Part shown: positions 50,001 through 59,418 of the stretch, piece after piece
Position numbering within the stretch: position 1 is the stretch's first letter
How the letters are laid out: each line of letters starts with the position of its first letter
Assembly: GCA_963666285.1 (NCBI GenBank)
Contig: OY762711.1
Length of the DNA stretch: 64,000 bases
Strand: one strand, 5' to 3'
Origin: Sedimentisphaerales bacterium
GTDB lineage: Bacteria; Planctomycetota; Phycisphaerae; Sedimentisphaerales; SM23-30
Program-made: the position numbers and the translations under genes
Notes under the pieces: model-generated
Databases searched by the model: none
What the model saw: the letters and a program-made list of their open reading frames with translations, nothing else
Told to the model about the DNA's origin: nothing

Positions 50001-51635
50001 AATGTAGAAGGAAGAAGTGCTGTTGGTGGTCTAGTGGGAAATAATTATGGCACTATTGTTAACAGTTACAGTACAGGTGATGTTAGCAGTTCTAATAATT
50101 ATGTTGGTGGTCTTGTTGGGACATTTACATCAGGAGATATGAGTAATTGCTATAGCACCGGAAAAGTGAACGGTTTACATTTTATTGGCGGTTTGGTAGG
50201 AGATTATCAACCAGAAACTGACAATGTCTGCAATTGTTATTTTTATGTTCATAGCGGTCCTAATAATGGCTATGGAATGTATCTTGATGATGTTGGCTTA
50301 GAGTCAAAATCCAGTTTTTTCGGTTTTGATTTTACAGGTGATGATACAGATGGCTCGGAAGATATTTGGGAAATTGATCCAGGTTACATGCCTAGACTTG
50401 TTTGGCAGGAAACTCTGGGCTTTAATGCTCCATATTTAATTGACAATATTTCTACCAGCTTAACCGGCAGTGGTTATCCTGATGCCCCATTTATTATAGA
50501 TAATTTAGATGATTTGCTGGAGTTTAAGAATAATAATGCACTTCGTATCGGATGCTATAGTTTAACGAGTGATATTGATTTAGCTAGCGTAACATATACA
50601 GAAGCGTTTATACCGGATGATTTTTTCGGAATATTCCAGGGTAATGGTCATCGTATTTCTAATTTAATGATTGATGGTGATTCTTACCTTGGTTTTTATA
50701 GTAAATTATGTGGTACCGTTGGTAATCTTGTCCTAGAGAATGTGTTCATAAATGGCTCAGATGATTATGTTGGCGGTTTGGTAGGAGACAATTATTATGG
50801 CAATATCATTAATTGTAATGTTTCAGGCAGTGTATCCGGTTTAGATCGTTATGTTGGTGGATTAGCGGGAGACAATTATTATGGCAGTATTAGCAATTGC
50901 TATTCCAGTTCAATTGTTACCGGCTATCGTTATGTTGGCGGCTTGGTGGGAAACAACTACAATGGTATAATTACCAAAAGTTATAACACCGGTACAACAA
51001 ATGGTACTGGTTATTCTATCGGCGGACTTACAGGAGAAAATTATAATGGTAGCATAAGCAGTAGTTTTAGTACCGGAATTGTGAACGGAGAAAGCTATAC
51101 AGGCGGCCTGTGTGGATCGAATTCCAGTGGAGATGTGAGTAACTGCTATGCCACAGGAGATGTTATTGGTTTTTATTCTGTCGGCGGTTTGGTAGGAGAG
51201 AATAATTATGCAAATATCAGTTACAGTTACAGTATCGGAGCAGTTTCTGGTAATAGTGTTGTGGGTGGATTTTGTGGAAATAATATTAGTGCCACTATCA
51301 GCAGTTGTTTCTGGGATATTGAAACTTCTGGTAGGACAATGAGTAATGGAAGTATTGGCAAATCAACAGCAGAGATGCAGATGGTAAGCACCTTCACTGA
51401 TGCGGGTTGGGATTTTGTAGGTGAGGATGGAAATGGTAGTGAGGATTTGTGGCGTATGCCGTATGCTATGCCGGGTTATCCGATACTGGCGTGGCAGAAG
51501 GATATCGCGGGCGATATAGCAGGTGGATATGGTGTGGATATGGAAGATGCAGCTCTGCTGGCGAGTGGTTGGATGGAGAACTATACAAAGGCAGATTTGG
51601 AAACTCTGGCGTCTAACTGGCTGGCGGGGAAGTGA
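47076..51635 (+). CDS. Secreted GLUG-repeat protein with one PASTA domain and a C-terminal dockerin-like motif
   Basis: Signal peptide MKNIITC; many VGGLVG..N...I.NCYS.G repeats; GSGT..DPYLI modules; PASTA (IPDITSLPQIDAEALI...VISQFP); GDIAGGYGVDMEDAALLASGW. Confidence 0.88.
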   Translation: MKNIITCVLIVLLWMSTFAFGVGGVLPGSGTVSDPYLIEDLADFDVFADEANAGTYWASGVYAKLVCDIDLNGRVYDRAVIAWDTDDTNGVNFDGADYSGIFEGNNHIISNISLETYYYAGLFGRLNNGSILNLGVENINITSSNGYSEYVGGLVSCSISSLINNCYTIATIETGGSMVGGLAGCNGYGSTIEKCYSNATVSGYQLIGGLVGLNKSSGTINESYAIGYISGSRLVGGLAGRNYGGSIYWSNASSTVSCDNEMVGGLAGGSSTGSIISNCYSTGTITGDAYKAGGLIGDLEYGQLLSCYSHCSVSGSNSVGGLIGSAKVLDVEYCYSTGVVSGSRYPGGFMGYLYSGSSGIKSCFWDVDSSGMTNGFSSYNIGTISELQGLNTGEMQTRSTFTDAGWDFIDESSNGTDDFWSMKLYPILSINTDGFISIPDITSLPQIDAEALIISSGFVPGNISYDYNSIIPEGNVISQFPLAGKMRVSGAYINYTLSLGVYPITGLGTKESPYIISDFEGFNIFCDPENAVKYWEEGVYTRLDNDIDLDPVLPDRQLYTMAPISPDSAGSGYQGKEFSGVFDGSGKIVSNLTIDGSYYCGMFGRIGTSGSVINLGLENVSVTGSFDNISGLAGESSGNVSNCYITGIVSGRDAVGGLVAENNRGSIDNCYSTCSVTGDYEIGGLVGSNYFGSISNCYSIGIVDGNLLEGGLVGSDLSGIISNCYLYIYCGLNNGHGIPLDDTGLETKSSFSGFDFTGDNADGSGDYWAIEPGYMPRLVWQESPGFNAPYLIDNITTSLLGSGYSDDPFIIDSYSDLMIFKSDSSLRIGYYSLTTDIDLSGITYTEAFIPDDFFGIFQGNGHRISNLTIDSDSNLGLFGRLNGTVDNLILDDISINGTGSYVGGAAGNNYYGIISNCYVTGSIVGLGNYVGGLAGRSYGNISNCCNESNISGSYQSTGGLTGDNSGRVMKSYSTGNVEGRSAVGGLVGNNYGTIVNSYSTGDVSSSNNYVGGLVGTFTSGDMSNCYSTGKVNGLHFIGGLVGDYQPETDNVCNCYFYVHSGPNNGYGMYLDDVGLESKSSFFGFDFTGDDTDGSEDIWEIDPGYMPRLVWQETLGFNAPYLIDNISTSLTGSGYPDAPFIIDNLDDLLEFKNNNALRIGCYSLTSDIDLASVTYTEAFIPDDFFGIFQGNGHRISNLMIDGDSYLGFYSKLCGTVGNLVLENVFINGSDDYVGGLVGDNYYGNIINCNVSGSVSGLDRYVGGLAGDNYYGSISNCYSSSIVTGYRYVGGLVGNNYNGIITKSYNTGTTNGTGYSIGGLTGENYNGSISSSFSTGIVNGESYTGGLCGSNSSGDVSNCYATGDVIGFYSVGGLVGENNYANISYSYSIGAVSGNSVVGGFCGNNISATISSCFWDIETSGRTMSNGSIGKSTAEMQMVSTFTDAGWDFVGEDGNGSEDLWRMPYAMPGYPILAWQKDIAGDIAGGYGVDMEDAALLASGWMENYTKADLETLASNWLAGK

Positions 51636-51809
51636 GAAAACAGTGGTTAGGTTACAGGTGCCAGAGTATAGGGTTTGAAAGCCGCGGGCCTTTGATGTAC
51701 TCAGGGCAGACGGCAAGGTAATTTATATAAGTGTGTTTTAGTTTTGTGTATTATGCGAGGCATGCTTGTGGCAGTTCAGCATTGTACACGTAATGTCTGA
51801 TAGTGAAAT

Positions 51810-51968
51810 TAGAGCAATTTAATTTTTCGTGTTCGCTTTTTACCTGTTGCGGCTTCGGCTGACTTCATCAGAAATACTCGTAATATATCAATATTCCTGT
51901 GTTTTCTTCTTTATCAGCCTCGTCCTCACAGAGGCAAAAATCGGAACAGAAAATATTAAAGTGCTCTA
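51810..51968. mobile_element. ~160 bp MITE-like element, copy 1
   Basis: Terminal IRs TAGAGCAATTTAAT...ATTAAAGTGCTCTA; reverse-complement copy at 59037-59214. Confidence 0.75.
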
Positions 51969-52061
51969 GAATTGCAGTTGAACGCAAATAATGCGTATAG
52001 GAAGAAGGGATAATGTAGTCGATGGCTGCATATAGAAATTGTGAAAACAGGAGAGTCTAAA

Positions 52062-55000
52062 ATGCAAAAGCTGAGTCTAATGATTTTGAGTCTGGTTTTG
52101 GTAGTAAGTGGGATGGTAAATGCTGCTGGTGGGGCTATGCCGGGGAGTGGGACGGAGTCTGATCCGTATTTGATAGAGGATCTGGCGGATTTTGATGTGT
52201 TTGCGGATGAGGCTAATGCCGGGACATATTGGTCGAGCGGTGTGTATACGAAACTGGTGTGTGATATAGATTTGAGCGGTCGGGTGTATGACAAGGCAGT
52301 GATAGCACCGGATACAGATAATACACAATTATGGTATCAGGGGAATAATTACTATGGAGTTTTTGATGGAAATGGTCATAAAATAACCGGTTTGACAATT
52401 ACGCCAACTGCCGGAGAAGATTATCTTGGCCTGTTTGGCAGGCTTTTGGGTTCTACAGCTGCAATAAAAAATCTTAATGTAGAAAATTATTCTATAACAG
52501 GAACCAACTTAAGTGATGTGTTGGGAGCAATATGCGGGATGTGTGTAGAAGCTAAGATTGATAGTTGTCATGGAAAAGGGATGGTGTCAGGATGTTATTA
52601 CCTAGGAGGTGTTTGCGGAGTATTAGCGGGAGGAGAAATAATTGACAGCAGTATAGAATGTGAAATTATTTGCAATAATAGTGTTTATGCCGGTGGTATA
52701 TGTGGTATTATTGATGGTAGTTCTTCTATAACAGACTGCTCCAGTGTAGGTGTAATATCAGGAATTGGTTTTACAAGAAAAATTGGTTGTTTGTGCGGCT
52801 ATAATAATTCATCGACGATCAGCAGGTGCTCGGCAGAAGGTTCGATCAGGCTTGGAGTTGATTCAGAATTAGTTGGCGGTTTTTGCGGCGAGAATAATTC
52901 TGGAACGATTGAACATAGCTATAGCCAGGTTTCTGTCGAAGGAGGTGACAGTTTAGGTGTGTTTTGTGGTTCGAACAATGACGGTACGATACGCAAATGT
53001 TATGCCAGTGGTGATATTCGTGGTGAAAGTAATGTTGGCGGTTTTTTGGGTTATAACAATACAGATGAATATTTAGTAACATATTGTTATTCTTCAGTTT
53101 TAGTATTAGGTATGGATAGGGATACAACGGGCGGCTTTTGTGGTGATTATGAATCCAAATCATCTTTATATTGTATCTACGATGGGGAAAAGAACAGTTA
53201 TTATTATGTTGGCGGTGCGTATCCTGCATCAACAGCCGAGATGCAAATGATGAGTACTTATACTGATAAAAACTGGGATTTTGTAAATTATTCTAATGGC
53301 GGGACAGATTCTGACTGGTATATGGCAGATTATCCGATATTATCATGGCAGATTGAAGAGTTCGTTGAGATGCCTTATGTTGGTAATATACTGCCGTCAG
53401 AAGCAGATGTTATGTTGGCTAATGCAGGTTTGCTTACAGGAGTGGTGAGCAATGAATACAGTAATGTTGTTGCAGAAGGTATGATAATCAGCCTGGAATA
53501 TGAAGCGGGAGACTATCTGGCAAGCGGTTCGAGTGTTGATTATACTGTATCTCTCGGAGTATGGCCGGTAGTGCCGGAGTTGGTAATGATGACATTGGCT
53601 GGCGCAGAATCGGCGATATTGGATGCCGGTCTGGAATTTGGTGGGGCCGGTTATGTTTACCATGATTTCTTCGAGCCGGGAAGAGTTTGCAGTCAGTATC
53701 CTGCTGCGGGTGTAATGTTAGGGGCTGGAGAGAAGGTATATATTAATGTTTCGCTGGGAGTGTGCCCGGGATTGGCAGGCAGCGGAACGGAGGAAGATCC
53801 TTACCTGATAGCGAGCCTGGCAGATTTTGTTGAGTTTTCTGATGTTGATAATGAAGGAGTTTACTGGGCGGAAGGTGTGTATGCCAGGCTAACAAATGAT
53901 ATTGATCTTGAGACAATGAATTATACAAACTCGGTTGTATCGTCATATAATGGTATTTTTGACGGTGATGGTCATGTGATAAGTAATTTGCGGATAGGAA
54001 GTATGGATGGTTTTGGTGACCTGGGACTGTTTGGTTGGCTGCGTGCAGGTTCTGTGGTAAGGGCTCTTGGTCTGGAAGATGTCGAAGTTCGGTCGGGTAA
54101 CAGGTCGAATTATATAGGCTCTCTTTGCGGGATGATTTATGGCGAAGGAGCAAAGATTGAGGGCTGCTATTCAACCGGAAGTGTAACAGCGGGCGAGGGA
54201 GTGAATTTTGTCGGCGGTCTGTGCGGCAGAGTGGCAAACGAAGGTGTATTGACAGATTCGTATTCAGTTTGTACGGTATCTGCAGGTAGGAACTCGGACA
54301 ATATTGGCGGTCTGTGTGGGGCAGTTAATGGCACAGTTGCTTATTGTTATGCCGGGGGAGATGTAAGTGGAGAAGGAGTTAGAGTCGGCGGATTGTGCGG
54401 CGGAATAGGTACGTGGTCGGGTATAACCGGGACAGTATCAAACAGCTATGCAACCGGTTCTATAAGCGGTGTGGATTATGTCGGCGGCTTTTGCGGGGAA
54501 AGTATTTCAGATGTAGTAATAAACTGTTATGCAACAGGCGAGGTAAGCGGCGAAGATTATATAGGAGGTTTTATTGGTTATGGCAGTGCGAGCGGCTGCT
54601 ATGCAACGGGAAATGTTACGGGGGCCTCTAAAGTAGGTGGCTTTGTCGGTTACGGCGGCGGCGAGAATTGTTATGCTACGGGTGAGGTTACGGGATTGGC
54701 TGAGGTTGGCGGTTTTGTCGGAACTTTGTATAATGTCGATGTGAAATATTGTTATTCGACCGGTAAGGTATCAGGGTATTCAGAAGTTGGTGGTTTTATC
54801 GGGGTATTAAAAGAAGGCGTTTCGGAGAGTAATTTCTGGGATGTTGAAGCGAGCGGATTCGGCAGTGTTGGTGATGTATGGGCAGGTTCAACCGGCATGA
54901 CAACGGCACAGATGCAGACGAGGCAGACGTATGGTGATGCGGATTGGAATATGGTTTATCAGGCTTCAAATTATGATTCCCGAGAATACATTGCGCCAGA

Positions 55001-56849
55001 TTGGTATATGGAAGAAGGCAGTTACCCTCAAAAGCCATGGGAGTTTGCATGTGATTTGCTGCCGGGTAAGGGTTCCAGTTACAATCCGTTTCTAATAGAG
55101 GATATCTCTGATTTTGATATTTTATGCGATACACGATATTTCTGTCACGAAGGCGTTCATGTGAAACTAATGTGCGACCTAGACCTTGAAGGAAGGGTTT
55201 ATGATAATTCACCAATAGCTCCTCAATGTTATAGATATTCTGACAATGAAAGATACGTTGAGGTTGGATTTGCCGGGGTATTTGATGGAAATGGTTATGT
55301 TATTAGTAATATTAACATTGAACCAGACGGCGATAATATTATGCAATGCATAGGTTTTTTTGGCAGGGTAAAAGGTGAAAATGCTGAAATTAAAAACCTT
55401 GGAATAGAAAACATAACGATATCAGATACGGTAATGGACAATTACGTTAATGTTTGGGAATATCGGTATGGTGGATTATGTGGTTCAAACCAATATGGCG
55501 TAATAAGAAATTGTTATACTACAGGAATGGTTGGCGGTATAGGATTGTACAGTCAGTTAAGTAATAGTAATGGCGGTTTGTGTGGATACAATCTAGCAGG
55601 CGAAATCACAGGTAGTCATTCATTATGTGATATTTCAGGCGGAGGTGGCGGTTTATGTGGCTGGAATAGGGGAGGTTCAATTACAAATTGTTATGCTGCA
55701 GGTGAAATATTTAATGGCGGCGGTGGTTTATGTGGATATTCACTTGATTATTCACCATCAGCATCATCAGATATTTATTATGCTTCAATAAAAGATTGCT
55801 ATGCTTCAGGAAATGTGAGCGGAAAAAGATATGTTGGAGGTTTTATAGCAAGAAATTGTAGTTTAGTTGAGAATTGTTATGCAACAGGAAATGTTGAAGG
55901 AATTGAATTTCTTGGCGGTTTTGCAAGTTCAAATGAATATGATAGTTTCGTATATCATGCAGGTAATATTTCGCAATGTCATTCGACAGGTGACGTGAAT
56001 GTCAATGTTCCGGCTGATTATATAATTGATGAGGTTTCGTATGCCGGCGGTTTTTGCGGTAAAGGACGTTCAGATATAACAAACTGTTATAGTGAAGGTA
56101 ATGTAACGGTGAATAATGAATGCCCGAATGCCTATAGTAAAGTCGGCGGTTTTTGCGGCGGGAGTGTGTCCTCAACTTTACGTATATCATATTGTTTTTC
56201 GACCGGTTCGGTTTATGCCGGGGCAAATAGCGAAAGTGTCGGCGGTTTTTGCGGATTTAGTAGCCAAGCAACGATATTCAGGAATTATTCCAGGGGCGAT
56301 GTTGAAGGCGGCAAATATGTTGGCGGTTTCCTTGGTTATGCAGATGGATGTTCGATAGGTTATAATTATTCAACAGGCGAGGTTGATGGAAATGAGAAAG
56401 TTGGTGGCTTTGCCGGATATTTTGAAAGTAATCGTGGCGGAGGTTCATTCTGGGATGTAGAGACAAGCGGCATGGCAGATCCAGAAGCAGGAGAGGAAGA
56501 TACTGACGGGATGGCAGGCAAAATGACATCAGAGATGTATGATATTGATACATATCTGGATGCGGGTTGGGATTTCAGATTTGGTCGTGGAAGCGGTACA
56601 ATCAGTTACTGGTATATGCCGGTAGATGATTATCCGATCTTGACCTGGCAGGAAGGTGTTCCGCTGACACCAGATATTGATGGTGATAGGGATATTGATA
56701 TAATAGATTTTACACGATTTGCCAGTTACTGGGGTGAGTGTGATTGTGGCGAGCCAGGCTGGTGCGGTGGAAGAGATTTTGATATGGATCGTTGTGTGAA
56801 TATGAATGATTTGCTTATACTGGCGTCTAACTGGCTGGCGTGGAAGTAA
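52062..56849 (+). CDS. Secreted GLUG-repeat protein with two PASTA domains and a C-terminal dockerin-like domain
   Basis: Signal peptide MQKLSL; VGGFCG/GGLCG repeats; two PASTA units; DIDGDRDIDIIDF...DFDMDRCVNMNDL. Confidence 0.88.
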   Translation: MQKLSLMILSLVLVVSGMVNAAGGAMPGSGTESDPYLIEDLADFDVFADEANAGTYWSSGVYTKLVCDIDLSGRVYDKAVIAPDTDNTQLWYQGNNYYGVFDGNGHKITGLTITPTAGEDYLGLFGRLLGSTAAIKNLNVENYSITGTNLSDVLGAICGMCVEAKIDSCHGKGMVSGCYYLGGVCGVLAGGEIIDSSIECEIICNNSVYAGGICGIIDGSSSITDCSSVGVISGIGFTRKIGCLCGYNNSSTISRCSAEGSIRLGVDSELVGGFCGENNSGTIEHSYSQVSVEGGDSLGVFCGSNNDGTIRKCYASGDIRGESNVGGFLGYNNTDEYLVTYCYSSVLVLGMDRDTTGGFCGDYESKSSLYCIYDGEKNSYYYVGGAYPASTAEMQMMSTYTDKNWDFVNYSNGGTDSDWYMADYPILSWQIEEFVEMPYVGNILPSEADVMLANAGLLTGVVSNEYSNVVAEGMIISLEYEAGDYLASGSSVDYTVSLGVWPVVPELVMMTLAGAESAILDAGLEFGGAGYVYHDFFEPGRVCSQYPAAGVMLGAGEKVYINVSLGVCPGLAGSGTEEDPYLIASLADFVEFSDVDNEGVYWAEGVYARLTNDIDLETMNYTNSVVSSYNGIFDGDGHVISNLRIGSMDGFGDLGLFGWLRAGSVVRALGLEDVEVRSGNRSNYIGSLCGMIYGEGAKIEGCYSTGSVTAGEGVNFVGGLCGRVANEGVLTDSYSVCTVSAGRNSDNIGGLCGAVNGTVAYCYAGGDVSGEGVRVGGLCGGIGTWSGITGTVSNSYATGSISGVDYVGGFCGESISDVVINCYATGEVSGEDYIGGFIGYGSASGCYATGNVTGASKVGGFVGYGGGENCYATGEVTGLAEVGGFVGTLYNVDVKYCYSTGKVSGYSEVGGFIGVLKEGVSESNFWDVEASGFGSVGDVWAGSTGMTTAQMQTRQTYGDADWNMVYQASNYDSREYIAPDWYMEEGSYPQKPWEFACDLLPGKGSSYNPFLIEDISDFDILCDTRYFCHEGVHVKLMCDLDLEGRVYDNSPIAPQCYRYSDNERYVEVGFAGVFDGNGYVISNINIEPDGDNIMQCIGFFGRVKGENAEIKNLGIENITISDTVMDNYVNVWEYRYGGLCGSNQYGVIRNCYTTGMVGGIGLYSQLSNSNGGLCGYNLAGEITGSHSLCDISGGGGGLCGWNRGGSITNCYAAGEIFNGGGGLCGYSLDYSPSASSDIYYASIKDCYASGNVSGKRYVGGFIARNCSLVENCYATGNVEGIEFLGGFASSNEYDSFVYHAGNISQCHSTGDVNVNVPADYIIDEVSYAGGFCGKGRSDITNCYSEGNVTVNNECPNAYSKVGGFCGGSVSSTLRISYCFSTGSVYAGANSESVGGFCGFSSQATIFRNYSRGDVEGGKYVGGFLGYADGCSIGYNYSTGEVDGNEKVGGFAGYFESNRGGGSFWDVETSGMADPEAGEEDTDGMAGKMTSEMYDIDTYLDAGWDFRFGRGSGTISYWYMPVDDYPILTWQEGVPLTPDIDGDRDIDIIDFTRFASYWGECDCGEPGWCGGRDFDMDRCVNMNDLLILASNWLAWK

Positions 56850-56923
56850 TTTTCAGTAAAAAGAATTAACTTTTGTGTGGGCATTCTTCTGATTCATTAC
56901 AGGAGATGCCCATTTTTTTTCAG

Positions 56924-58021
56924 CTATTTCCCGTAGCAGATGCTCGGTCCGAGGTGGTTGGGGAAGTGGTTGTTTTCGAAGAGGAACTTGCGGGTATCAT
57001 AGCACAGGTGGCATTTGCCGGTGTAAGTCGGCTTGGGCCGGAATCCGAGCGTGACGGCGTGTTGGGCCAGCCCGTAGGGTCCGGAATTGGTGAGGGTAGA
57101 CCATATCGGATGGGTGGTGAAGTTATAGTCTAGCCATAGGTCTTTGAGCGAGTATTCCGAGTTGATTTTGCCGGTGATAATGCCTATGCAGGTGCTGCTG
57201 AAGACATTTCCCATGCCGTCGATATGGACACCCTTGGCGTCCATGTGTGATTTACGGCATCCGGCGGATTTGAACTGTTCAAACGGTTTCTGGTCAACGA
57301 GAGGAGCGAGTTGTTCAGCGGCTCGGCCAACCATCCGTTCGGGAATTTTGGCGAGAGCGTCTTTGAATGCCTGGTTTAGCTGAGTTTGGCTCATGGATTC
57401 GGTGTGGGTCGGATTAGCGGCGAAATCCCGCCATCGAACCTGTACTTTATCATCGCCGAGTATTTCCGTTGCAATACGTATGCCCCGCTGTACGCATTCT
57501 GTTGGGACATATTGCTGATGATAGCAGTCTGTGCTTATTTGCAGTTTTGTGAGGCCAAGATTGGCGAGTTCTTCTATTCTTTTGGTTGTAATATCGTCAT
57601 TTATACACCATGCTGCGTTGGTTTCGACCTTTTCGAGCCCTCCGAGACGTTCCTGCTGAGCGATTTTGAGGGTGTCGCGCAGAGTTTCATATCGCAGGAA
57701 AGGTTCGCCTCCGGTAATATGTACCAGTCCCTCCTGTCCGCAAAGCTGCCGGGTAGCACGCCAGCAGTCGATAGCCATTTCGAGCGACATTTCAGTATCG
57801 GGTGAGTTGATATCCGGGGCGGAAAAGACATAGCAGCAGGCGCAGGCCGCGGGGCATCGGTAGGTGAGCATAATGCCAACAGACCGCCATAGTTTATACT
57901 TTGGAGCATTGCGAGGCTGGTCCATATTGAAGGCATTTTCGTATAGATTAACAGGTTCTTTCTTATTTGTCATACAGGGAATTTTAGCTTTTTGAGTCGA
58001 AATTAGCAAGGAAAGATACAA
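56924..58021 (-). CDS. Radical SAM protein with C-terminal Cys cluster
   Basis: YRCPAACACC (CxxxCxxC), HITGGEPF, ETNAAW, CHLC; true start probably downstream of the listed one. Confidence 0.85.
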   Translation of the reverse strand: MYLSLLISTQKAKIPCMTNKKEPVNLYENAFNMDQPRNAPKYKLWRSVGIMLTYRCPAACACCYVFSAPDINSPDTEMSLEMAIDCWRATRQLCGQEGLVHITGGEPFLRYETLRDTLKIAQQERLGGLEKVETNAAWCINDDITTKRIEELANLGLTKLQISTDCYHQQYVPTECVQRGIRIATEILGDDKVQVRWRDFAANPTHTESMSQTQLNQAFKDALAKIPERMVGRAAEQLAPLVDQKPFEQFKSAGCRKSHMDAKGVHIDGMGNVFSSTCIGIITGKINSEYSLKDLWLDYNFTTHPIWSTLTNSGPYGLAQHAVTLGFRPKPTYTGKCHLCYDTRKFLFENNHFPNHLGPSICYGK

Positions 58022-58477
58022 ACTTCAGACTATCAGTAAGTCAGTTTGTGGTTATGGAAGATTGGAGTATGAAGAGTTAAGGTATTGCATGCCGGTAAAA
58101 CTGTTAAATAATGGCAGAAAAGCCGTTAAACAAGCGAATAACCTGTTATTTCATGGTAATATTGATTATAGTTTTCGTTAGATTTTTTGAGAGAGGAAAG
58201 TGGAAAAATGCTCTGTAGATAGCTCTAAAATGGCAGGAAAAGGCCTGAAACGTAAAAATTTTGCATTTTTAGCGATTTTTTTATACTTTTTCTCAACTTT
58301 TTGCTTTGCAAAAACCGATTTAGAGAGTAAAAATAGAGCTATATTATCGGACATGACTATTTCGTTATGAATTAAGCTTTATTTAAAGGACTGGATAAAG
58401 AGAGATACTTTGTACTGTGTGCGGCATAACGTAAGGCCGCTTGTATTATATTACTTATTCTCATGGAGGATACGATT

Positions 58478-58735
58478 ATGGCGAAAAAAGCCGCGAAGAA
58501 AACTGCTAAAAAACCTGCTAAGAAAGCTGCTGCTAAAAAACCTGCTAAGAAAGCTGCATCAAGAGAAGTATTGGTTGTAGCCAGCAAGGTAAAAGCTTAC
58601 ATCAAGAGCAAAGGCATGATGTGCAGCAGTGACGCTGTTCAGGCACTATCAGAAAAAATTTACTGCATCCTGGATTGTGCATGCACACGCACCGAAGCTA
58701 ACCGTCGCAGCACAGTTAAGCCTCAGGATCTGTAA
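58478..58735 (+). CDS. Bacterial histone-fold protein with Lys/Ala/Pro-rich N-terminal tail
   Basis: GGAGGA RBS; LVVASKVKAYIKSKG..SSDAV..LSEKI...L..A..R...NRRSTVKPQD histone fold with RxTxxxxD motif. Confidence 0.85.
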   Translation: MAKKAAKKTAKKPAKKAAAKKPAKKAASREVLVVASKVKAYIKSKGMMCSSDAVQALSEKIYCILDCACTRTEANRRSTVKPQDL

Positions 58736-58974
58736 TTTTTGTGGTGTTCCTGATGAGTGTTTAGCGAAAGCGGTAATACATTTTCGCTAAAGATGATAAG
58801 GCTGAGAGTAATATCTTCTCAGATAAGAAATCATCGAAGTGTCTCATAACTGCACTGTGGTAAATATCGCAAATGCGGGGGTTGTGCTTATATTCGTAGG
58901 GTACAATTTTACGCTAAAGGTGACAGTAGTATTTGAGAACAGATTACGATTCAGTAAAACCCGAAAAGACAAAG

Positions 58975-59004
58975 AAAAGCCGGGCATTTATGTTCGGCTT
59001 TTTT
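58975..59004 (+). terminator. Rho-independent terminator
   Basis: AAAAGCCGGGCAT-TT-ATGTTCGGCTTTTTT. Confidence 0.75.
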
Positions 59005-59036
59005 ATTTTAAATCAAGCAGGTTAATTCCGGAAGCA

Positions 59037-59214
59037 TAGAGCAATTTAATTTTTTTGTTCCGATTTATGCCTCAGTGAGGACGAGGCTGACAAAGAAGAA
59101 AACACAGTAATATTCATATATTGTGAGTATTTCTGTTGAAGTCAGCCGAAACCGCAACAGGCAAAAAGCGAATACGTCATAAAGTGATGCGAAGCATAAA
59201 AATTAGATTGCTCA
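59037..59214. mobile_element. MITE-like element, copy 2 (inverted, with ~20 bp insertion)
   Basis: Colinear with the reverse complement of 51810-51968. Confidence 0.75.
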
Positions 59215-59418
59215 AAAAGTAGCCTTGCCGACCTCTTGCCTCGTAGCCAGAATCCGGCATACCTTTTTTTGTAGTTTAGCGAAGCTTGCCCCTCGGCAAC
59301 CGTAGCGGGCAGCAGTTCGCTGTTTTCTTTTCACATAAATGGACCCGGTACCGGCCTTTGCGGATAATGTTGAACAGTTAAAACTACGCCTTGTATAAGA
59401 TGCGTAGCATAAAGCGTA

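Noticed and set aside
49230..50700. Diversity-generating retroelement TR/VR pair
   Set aside because: Differences include many C/T changes rather than being adenine-specific, both copies are in-frame coding, and no reverse transcriptase is present
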